Below are positions 23,516 through 31,800 of a stretch of DNA of 39,370 nt, in pieces. A model generated the notes under the pieces. That model was given only the letters and a program-made list of their open reading frames with translations, was not told the origin of the DNA and ran no database searches. Location: positions 1 through 39,370 of IMG/VR virus record IMGVR_UViG_3300045988_022530. The stretch is one strand, 5' to 3'. Position 1 is the stretch's first letter; every line of letters begins with the position of its first letter. A program made the translations under genes and the position numbers. Origin of the DNA: a virus.

Positions 23516-25513
23516 ATGCCGACATATCCGACGATTCAGGAAACGGCACGCTCGCAGCAGGTGACGGATACCTTCGGCGGCTACAACCACAACCTCAAGA
23601 TCCCCGAGGGGGAATTTTATGAGATGGAGAATCTGTGCGGCGACGATTACCCGCTGCTGGCAAACCGTGACCGGCGCGACACGGTGCTTGGCAACCTGAA
23701 CAACCTGAACGCCATGACGGTGCGAAACGGATCGCTGTATTACATTGCCGGGGTGGACAGCGACCCCGGCAAGACGATGACCGGGCTGTACTGCGACGGA
23801 GAAAAGGTGATGGAGCTGGCATTCACGGGGCGGAAAAAGCTCGTGAACATGGGCGCGTACCTGCTCATCTGGCCGGACAAGGTGTGGTACAACACGGCGG
23901 ACGGCACGCACGGGAACATGGAGAAACTGTTTTCCGCTGCGGCCGGGACGTATCTGTTTTCGGAGACGAACGCCGTTTCCGGCCCGGACGGGCAGGAGAC
24001 GACCACGGTCTATGCCATATGGCTGGTGGAGCCGTGCAGCCGGGACGGGAAGACCGTGTACACGACGAGTGAGACGCACAGCGTGACCTTCGGCAGCAAC
24101 CGCACGGTGATGCAGGACGGGATCACCTACTACTATCTCAACAGCAACAAACCATCCGCGCCGAAAAACGGGGACGCATACATCGACAACGAGACGCGAA
24201 CGCCATATGTCTACAGCGACACGGAGAAGGACTGGGTGGCGCGGGATGTGCCGGTGATGCGGCTCAAATGCAAGGGGATCGGCAGCGGCTTCGCGCCCGA
24301 GGACTATGTGAAGATCTCGTATGTGGACACGAGCACGGACTTCGGCCTGCTCGGCGGGGATAACCTTGCGGACGGTACGTACCGCGCGGTGCTGGCCGCT
24401 GGGGACGATTACCTCGTGCTGGACGCCTATGCGCCGAAGGTCGCGGTGCGGTATTACATCGACGAGACGCCGCCGGGCGTATACGTCAAGGCGGCGATGG
24501 ATCTGCCGGATATGGACTACGTCATCGAGGCGCAGAACCGCCTCTGGGGCTGCAAGTACGGCACGGTGAACGGGAAACTTGTCAACGAGATCTACGCCAG
24601 CGCGCTCGGCCGCTTCGACATCTGGAAGCAGTACGCGGGCGTGAGCACGGACAGCTACGCGGCGTCCGTCGGCTCTGACGGCCGGTGGACGGGCGCGGTG
24701 AACTACCAGGGCAGCCCACTGTTTTTTAAGGAAAACCGGATGCACAAGGTGTATGTGTCCGCGAGTGGCGCACACAGGATTCAGGAGTACACGATGCGCG
24801 GCGTGCAGCCGGGATGTGCAAGGAGCCTCGCGGTGGTCAACGGCGTGCTGTTTTACAAGGCGCGCGACGGCGTGTTCGCCTACGACGGAAGCGGCGCGCC
24901 GATTGACGTTGGCGAAAAGCTGAACCTGAAAGAGCTGCACTGGAGCGGGAACATGAGCGCAATCGCTTCGGCGTGGCGCGACAAATACTACCTGTATCTG
25001 CAGATGAGCACGCCTCCGGGAAACCGGCTGCTGGTGCTGGACACGAGCCGGGGCACATGGTATCGGGAGAGCCTGCCAGTAGGCGGTGTTGTGGACTTCG
25101 CAGAGCTGGAAGGAACGCTGCTGTGCGCGACGAGCGGAGACGTGCTGGAGATTGCGCGCGACCAGACGCTGGCCTTTCGAGCGAGCGGCACGACGGAGGA
25201 CACGGTGGCATGGAGCTGTGAGACGGGGCTGATCGGTTACAGCACGGTGGAGCAGAAATACGTCAGCCGGTTCAACATCCGCATGAGCCTCGCGCGGGAT
25301 GCGTACATGGATGTGCTCGTGCAGTATGACTCCGACGGTGTGTGGCACAACCAGGGCCGCATCCAGGGTGTGGGAACGCGCACGTTCATGCTGCCAGTGC
25401 GGCCGAGGCGCTGCGACCACTTCCGCATCCGGCTCGAGGGCAGCGGGGACGTGCGCATCTACAGCTTCGCAAAGATATTCGAGGCGGGGAGCGATGTGTA
25501 TGCTGACATTTGA
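23516..25513 (+). CDS. Large virion structural protein (putative tail/nozzle component)
   Basis: 665 aa, beta-rich and aromatic-rich sequence. SD GAGGGAGGG. No enzymatic motif seen. Confidence 0.6.
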   Translation: MPTYPTIQETARSQQVTDTFGGYNHNLKIPEGEFYEMENLCGDDYPLLANRDRRDTVLGNLNNLNAMTVRNGSLYYIAGVDSDPGKTMTGLYCDGEKVMELAFTGRKKLVNMGAYLLIWPDKVWYNTADGTHGNMEKLFSAAAGTYLFSETNAVSGPDGQETTTVYAIWLVEPCSRDGKTVYTTSETHSVTFGSNRTVMQDGITYYYLNSNKPSAPKNGDAYIDNETRTPYVYSDTEKDWVARDVPVMRLKCKGIGSGFAPEDYVKISYVDTSTDFGLLGGDNLADGTYRAVLAAGDDYLVLDAYAPKVAVRYYIDETPPGVYVKAAMDLPDMDYVIEAQNRLWGCKYGTVNGKLVNEIYASALGRFDIWKQYAGVSTDSYAASVGSDGRWTGAVNYQGSPLFFKENRMHKVYVSASGAHRIQEYTMRGVQPGCARSLAVVNGVLFYKARDGVFAYDGSGAPIDVGEKLNLKELHWSGNMSAIASAWRDKYYLYLQMSTPPGNRLLVLDTSRGTWYRESLPVGGVVDFAELEGTLLCATSGDVLEIARDQTLAFRASGTTEDTVAWSCETGLIGYSTVEQKYVSRFNIRMSLARDAYMDVLVQYDSDGVWHNQGRIQGVGTRTFMLPVRPRRCDHFRIRLEGSGDVRIYSFAKIFEAGSDVYADI

Positions 25514-25961
25514 TTACCCGCAGACGTATGCAGTGGCCGGCAGCACAGAGGAGCAGCTTGCCCAGCTGCGCTCGTACATCTGGCAGCTCGTGGACGTGCT
25601 CAACCAGGCAGGCGACGGGAACGAGGCCGGAATCGGCACTGCAGATACTGCCGCGCTCCGTACAGAGCTGGAAAAGCTGCGAAAGGTGCTGCGGGATCTG
25701 GAAGCAAAGAGTGGGCACGGCCTCCCGAGCGGCGGAACGACCGGGCAGACGCTGACGAAGCTGTCCGACAGCGACTATGACACGGGCTGGCGCACACCGG
25801 CTGGTGGCGGTGGAAGTGGCGGAGGCACAGTGCAGAGCGTCAACTGGGTGCTGCCGGATAACGCCGGAAATGTGCAGTTGACGTCGGAAAACATCGGCGC
25901 GGTGGACGAGGATGCAGAGCTGACGATCCTCGAGATCGTGGATATGTGGAATAACGCTTAG
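25494..25961 (+). CDS. Tail-fibre-associated protein
   Basis: The motif GGTTGQTLTKLSDSDYDTGW recurs in phage fibre proteins. Gly-rich linker GGGGSGGG. The start is 25494 or 25500. Confidence 0.6.
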   Translation: MCMLTFDYPQTYAVAGSTEEQLAQLRSYIWQLVDVLNQAGDGNEAGIGTADTAALRTELEKLRKVLRDLEAKSGHGLPSGGTTGQTLTKLSDSDYDTGWRTPAGGGGSGGGTVQSVNWVLPDNAGNVQLTSENIGAVDEDAELTILEIVDMWNNA

Positions 25962-25971
25962 GGGGAGAACT

Positions 25972-27009
25972 ATGGCGACGAAATACGCAGGGCAGAATGC
26001 CCTGAACAAGCTGATGCAGATCATCAAGACGGCGCTTGCCAACAAGGCCGACAAGACGGCGCTGGACGACAAGCTGGACAAGACCGGCGGCACGATCGCC
26101 GGAAACGTGATTGTTGAAGGAACGGTGGAAGCCGAAGGCAGCATAACCATACGCGAAGCGGGGAGCTTGGCCCACATAGGCTTGATGCCGTCCGGCGACA
26201 ACGCTGCGAGTATCGTCAGTACGAGCAGCACAGGAAAGAGCGGCAACGCACGTCTCGTTGTTGGCACGCCGACCGGTGACAATGACGCAACGACGAAAGC
26301 CTACGTGGACAGCAAGATTGCGGCCGGTGGTGTGACCGTCGACGACTCCGTTTCGGACACGTCCACAAATCCGGTGCAGAACAAGGCTATCAAAGCAGAG
26401 CTGGACAAAAAACTGGACAAGAGCGGTGGGACGGTCAGCGGAAACCTGACGGTGACGGGGAATGTGACGTCCAGCGGCACAGTGGACGGCCAAATGATTT
26501 CCGGCCAGATCGTGACCGCGTATAGCTCCGACCACAAAAAACAAATCGCGCTGGAATGCACGGGGCAGAATGCAGGCCGCTTTTCGGGAGAAGTGAGCGG
26601 GGGCGTTCTGTATTACGCGCGTATGGCTGTCGCCACGCCGACCGACGATAACGATGCGACGACGAAAGCGTATGTTGACGGAAAAGTGGCCGGCTTGCAG
26701 ACAGCCGATCAGGTGCAGACGGCGATCAACAGCGCGATCTCCGGCGTATATACGCCAAAGGGCTCAATCGCTTTCGCGTCTTTGCCGACGGCGGTGGCCG
26801 GGAACAAGGGCTGGGTGTACAACGTCACCGATGCTTTTACCACGACGGCAGCGTTCGTCGAGGGCGCAGGCCATGCCTACGGCGCGGGTACGAACGTCGT
26901 GTGCGTGGACGTTGGCAGCGGCAGCTACAAGTGGGACGTGCTTGCGGGAACGATCGACCTGACAGAGCTGACGGCTGACGAGGTGCAGACGCTCTGGGAT
27001 TCCATCTGA
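25972..27009 (+). CDS. Tail fibre / receptor-binding protein
   Basis: Two copies of PT.DNDATTKAYVD (a fibre-typical P..DA..K.YVD motif). Heptad-like KLDKTGGT / KLDKSGGT repeats. Confidence 0.75.
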   Translation: MATKYAGQNALNKLMQIIKTALANKADKTALDDKLDKTGGTIAGNVIVEGTVEAEGSITIREAGSLAHIGLMPSGDNAASIVSTSSTGKSGNARLVVGTPTGDNDATTKAYVDSKIAAGGVTVDDSVSDTSTNPVQNKAIKAELDKKLDKSGGTVSGNLTVTGNVTSSGTVDGQMISGQIVTAYSSDHKKQIALECTGQNAGRFSGEVSGGVLYYARMAVATPTDDNDATTKAYVDGKVAGLQTADQVQTAINSAISGVYTPKGSIAFASLPTAVAGNKGWVYNVTDAFTTTAAFVEGAGHAYGAGTNVVCVDVGSGSYKWDVLAGTIDLTELTADEVQTLWDSI

Positions 27010-27022
27010 GGAGGGATGACCC

Positions 27023-27517
27023 ATGCAGACAAGCGGAAGCGCGGCAATTAAGAAGCTGATCCAGCTTGTGAAAGCCGCAGTATCGGATGCGCTGGCGGAG
27101 GCAAAGGCGTACACAGATAACGCCGCAGCGGGCGGCGCGGACTACATCGAATCGCAGGGCACGACCGGGAAATGGACATGGCGCAAGTGGCACAGCGGCA
27201 TCGCCGAGATGTGGGCTACTTTCGACTCAGACTCGCTGGAAATGACATCACAGACATGGGGGTCACTGTATACCGCATCGTGGATGGGCCTCGCAGCCAA
27301 TAAGGCGGCACGCCGATATCCGTTTGCTTTTGTCGAAAACCCCGTCGTGTCTGCGACGCCAACGGTTGGAAGTGGCAACATCTGGCTCGCTACAAATACC
27401 GAAAACGACATAGGTACGCGCCTTACGCACGCGCCGGCGTATCAGTGCGTGAGAGCATCTGACGCGACGGTTAATAGCCCACAGATCAGCTACTATGTTG
27501 TGGGTAGGTACAAGTAA
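27023..27517 (+). CDS. Second fibre-type protein or fibre tip
   Basis: Its N-terminus (AAIKKLIQLVKAAVSDAL) parallels that of the preceding fibre (NALNKLMQIIKTALANKA). Confidence 0.55.
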   Translation: MQTSGSAAIKKLIQLVKAAVSDALAEAKAYTDNAAAGGADYIESQGTTGKWTWRKWHSGIAEMWATFDSDSLEMTSQTWGSLYTASWMGLAANKAARRYPFAFVENPVVSATPTVGSGNIWLATNTENDIGTRLTHAPAYQCVRASDATVNSPQISYYVVGRYK

Positions 27518-27529
27518 AGGAGGCAACGC

Positions 27530-28882
27530 ATGGCAAAGAAAAATTACAACGGTGTCGAGTTTGACGACAGCGTGGATTATGCCGCGCTGATGGGGAAGGC
27601 TGCTGCTGCCGGGAACAACGAGAAGGCAGCCGTCCTGGAACGAAAGCGCAACGCGAAGATCCAGTCCGGCGGCATGGACTACGAGACGACAAACCAGTAC
27701 GCGCAGTACCTGCCGAAGGTGGACACGCCGTATGACACACAGACGGACTACGCCGCCCTGATGGGGAAGGCTGCGGCCTCCGGAGACTACACGAGCGCGG
27801 CCCGGTACGAAAAGCAGCGCAACGCGAAGATCAAGGGCGAGGGCCTTGACTACGAGACGAGCGATTACTACTCGAAGTACCTGCCCGAGAACCGGTATAC
27901 CTACGACCCAAGCAAGAACGACGCATACCAGCGCGCGAACGATCAGGCGACGGAGATTTACGACAAGATCATGAACCGCGGCGAGTTTTCCTATGACGTG
28001 AACAAGGACAAGCTCTACCAGCAGTACCGCGATCTGTACGCGCAGATGGGGCGCGGCGCGATGGAGGACACCATGGGGCAGGCGGCGGCGCTGACCGGGG
28101 GCTACGGAAGCACCTACAGCCAGAACGCGGGGCAGCAGGCGTATAACGCCTACCTGCAGAAGCTCAACGAGGTCGTGCCTGAGCTGTATAATGCAGCCTA
28201 CAACCGCTACAACCAGGAAGGTCAGAACCTGATGAACCTCTACACCATGGCGCGTAACAACGCCGACAGCGCTTACGAGCGAGACTACAACCAGTGGTAC
28301 AACCGGCTGCAGCTCGAGCGCAGCGACGAGGACACGACCTACAACCGCCAGCAGACCGAGGAGCAGAAGAAGCTCACGCAGGAGGAGACGGATTACGAGC
28401 GCAAGCAGAACGCATGGAGCCGTCTGTCGTCCCTGATCACGACGACCGGGTACCAGCCGTCGAACGAGGAGCTGGCGGCGGCAGGTATGTCTGCCAACGA
28501 GGCGGCGTATCTGCGGCAGTATTACCAGCAGCAGAAGGCAGCAGCGTCAAATAAGAGTGGGGGGTCGGGCGGCGGAAGCAGAAGAAGCAGGAGCAGAAGC
28601 GGGAGCGGATACGGAGGCGGCGGAACGCAGCCGGGGCAGCCGGGTTCACCGTCTCCGTATGCACACAAGCCCGGCAGCGGGATCACGCACAACGACATCG
28701 ACTACACGGACACGAGCGCAGTAAAAGACTCTGCGGCCGTGGCAGGCAGAGTGCGGGAGATGATCAACGAAGGCGTACCGATCGCGGACGTGAATACATT
28801 CATCCGCAGCGCGTCGGAAAACGGCCTGATCTCGGACGACAGCGCCCGCAGGCTGAGATACATGAATAACTCCAGGAAGTGA
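27530..28882 (+). CDS. Virion-module protein with an internal 57-aa tandem repeat, a Q/N/Y-rich core and an RS/GG-rich tract
   Basis: DYAALMGKAAA...RNAKI...DYET...YLP occurs twice (nt 27575 and 27746). The tract SGGSGGGSRRSRSRSGSGYGGGG lies near 28556-28625. Confidence 0.65.
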   Translation: MAKKNYNGVEFDDSVDYAALMGKAAAAGNNEKAAVLERKRNAKIQSGGMDYETTNQYAQYLPKVDTPYDTQTDYAALMGKAAASGDYTSAARYEKQRNAKIKGEGLDYETSDYYSKYLPENRYTYDPSKNDAYQRANDQATEIYDKIMNRGEFSYDVNKDKLYQQYRDLYAQMGRGAMEDTMGQAAALTGGYGSTYSQNAGQQAYNAYLQKLNEVVPELYNAAYNRYNQEGQNLMNLYTMARNNADSAYERDYNQWYNRLQLERSDEDTTYNRQQTEEQKKLTQEETDYERKQNAWSRLSSLITTTGYQPSNEELAAAGMSANEAAYLRQYYQQQKAAASNKSGGSGGGSRRSRSRSGSGYGGGGTQPGQPGSPSPYAHKPGSGITHNDIDYTDTSAVKDSAAVAGRVREMINEGVPIADVNTFIRSASENGLISDDSARRLRYMNNSRK

Positions 28883-28893
28883 GGGGCACATAG

Positions 28894-31800
28894 ATGACAG
28901 TCAAGAAAGCAGCAATCTCCATTGGCGATTGGCTCAAGAGCACGGGATTCTCCGCCGAGAAAACGCTTGCTTCGGCGCAGGAGCAGCGGAAAAACCTGCT
29001 GCAGCAGATGGACAACGCGAATGCATCGTATCTAACCGGCGAGAATCGCGGCGCGCTGCAGAACGCATTTAGCAACTATCAGGCGACCATGAACGTGCTT
29101 CGCGGCGCCGGCTATGACACCGGAAATGACGTCGACGTTCTGCGCAGAGCCGTGCACTCGTCCTTCGACTTCCAGAACCAGTTCAAGGACCAAGACGACT
29201 TCAATGTGTCGTATGCCTACCCGAAGAAATACAAGGGCAAGACCCGCACGGACGTGAATGCGGCGCTCGCGCAGCTCAAGAACACGCCGGGGGCCGAGGC
29301 GGAATATGACTGGCTGAACAAGAACCAGATGAATTACTGGTCTGCGGACGAGCTGAAGGCGCAGATCGGCGCGTGGCAGAACGAGATTTCCGGCATCGAA
29401 CGGCAGCGCCGGAATATGCCGCGCATGGCAGCTGGGAGCACAGACGCAGACTATGCCAAGCGGCAGCAGGAGGCGCTCGCGCTCTCGGGGCAGATCGATG
29501 AGCGAAAAGCGAAGATCGGGAAAGCGCAGAGCCTGCTCACGCGGAAGACCTACGATGACGAGATCAGCAAGTGGGACACGCAGATGCAGAGGGCGCTCTC
29601 TGACTACAGCAAGGCGCTGAGTGTGAGCGAGAGCGCGAACACGGAGATGGCGATGGCCGGAAACTCCGCATTTGTCGTGCAAAACAGCGACTACGCCAAA
29701 AACGCGCGCAACACGGTGCGCAGCTTCGAGCAGCAGCTTCGTGATTACGGCTACAGTGACCAGCAGATCAACGGCATCCGCAGCTATGCGCTCACGCAGC
29801 AGCACGCAAACGAGGCTGCGGAAATGGCACAGCAGGTCGCACAGGAGGCCAAGGAGCATCCGTGGCTGGCCTCCGCCATGTCTGTCGGGACAAATATGAT
29901 GGCCGGAGCGGGTGCGCTCGACATCGCTGCACAGAATGCGCTGAACGGGACGGACCCGTTTACGGGCGAAAAAATGGCCGTCGACCGCTATACGAAATCC
30001 ATGGTGCCGAGCACGGTGACGAACACCATCCGCGGGAGCGTTTCCGAGGACATGAGCGGCATCGGGTCGTTCCTGTACAACACCGGCATGAGCATGGCAG
30101 ACAGCCTGGCAACGCTGGCCATCGGCGGCGCGACCGGCCTGCACGGCGCGGCGGATGTGATCCTCGGCGGCGCGGCGGCATCTCAGGCAATCACGGATGC
30201 GTATGACCGCGGCGCTTCTGACTCGCAGGCCATGTCGGTCGGCCTGCTCTACGGAACGGCCGAAGCACTGTTCGAGCACATCAGCCTGGACAAGCTGCGT
30301 ATGTTCCATACGTCGGCGGCCGCCGGGAAGAAGACCGCGAAGACGCTGGTTAAAGATATGCTCAAGCAGAGCTTTGTGGAAGGCAGCGAGGAAGTCTGCA
30401 CGGACATCGCAAACGTCATCTCCGACGCGATCGTGATGGCCGACAAGAGCGAGATCAACCAGACGATCGCCGCCTATCAGGCAGACGGCATGAGCGAGGA
30501 CGAGGCAACGCGCAGGGCGTGGCTTGACTGGCTCGGCCAGACGGCGCAGGACTTTGCTGGCGGCATGATCTCCGGCGGCATGATGACCGGCGGTGACATG
30601 GCGCTCAACGCCGGGATGCGAAACGCGAATTACCGCGAGACCGGCCGGCAGATCACGGCCAACGACTACGCGGACATCCTCCGCCGCGCTGCAGAGGAAA
30701 GCGGCGACGAAAACATCCGGAAGCTGGCTGGGAAGAAGCAGACAAACCGCAACACCGGCAAGCTCTACGAGGCGACACAGGAAGCAAATCTCACGCAGGC
30801 GGTCTCTGACCGCCTGGGTGCGCTCGGCACGCCAGAAAACGACGTGCAGGAGCTGACCGGCCTCGTGGTCAAGCAGATCAAGGGGCAGGAGCTGACGGGC
30901 AAAGAACAGCGGAAATTTGACGCCAGCAAGCAGGCACAGCGCGCGGCGAGCGAGTATGCGTCCCTGTTCACGCGGGATGCAGACCGGACCACGAACGCAT
31001 GGGCGCGCAGCCATATGCGTGACGCAGCCGAGCTGGAGCGCAACGCGATCTATGGCGGGGCACGCAAGACTGACGCAGGGCAGGCGCAGACACATCAGGC
31101 GGAGAAAAACGCCGAGGTGCAGGTAAACGGTGAGACCGCGCAGGTGCAGGCGCTTCGATATGACCAGGAGAGCGGCAGCGTGGAGCTGTCCGTGAAGGCC
31201 AAAAACGGCGATGTGCAGCGTGTTTCCGTGAAGGACGCCAAGCTGCCGGAGGGCACGCGCCTACTCGCCGAGAGCGCGGAAAAATACGGCGAGACCGCGC
31301 CGCAGATGTACGCCAACTACCAGAACGGGCAGGACGTGGAGCGCTACGCAAGCGCCTACGAGGTGGCATACTCTTACGGACGCGCTGGCGTGAAAAACTA
31401 CGCCGTGCTCGAGAACAGCGGCGCAGCATCGTATCTGACACAGGAGCAGCGGAAATTCGCCTACGAGACCGGCCTTGCCGCGGCGCGCAGGGAATCGGAC
31501 GCAAAGAGCGCGGCGGCCAAGAGCAGCGAAATTCAGGCCGGTAGCGTGACGCTGGAAGGCGGAAAGCTCGGAAACGTGACGCTCGCCGCCGTGAACACGG
31601 CCGGCCTGACGCGCAAGCAGACGGCGTCGATCGACGTGGCACGCAAGGTGGCCGAGGCGACCGGCGTGAACGTCGTGTTCTTTGAATCTCGTTCGGATGA
31701 GAGCGGGCGCTATATCGGCATGAACGGCGCATACCGCGATGGCACGATCTATCTGGACGTCAACGCAGGGAAGAACAACGTGGACACCGGCGAGACGGCC

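Noticed and set aside
23130-28882. Programmed -1 frameshift of the tail chaperone type
   Set aside because: No pair of overlapping ORFs with a slippery heptamer precedes a tape-measure-like gene. The module lacks long-tail genes altogether.
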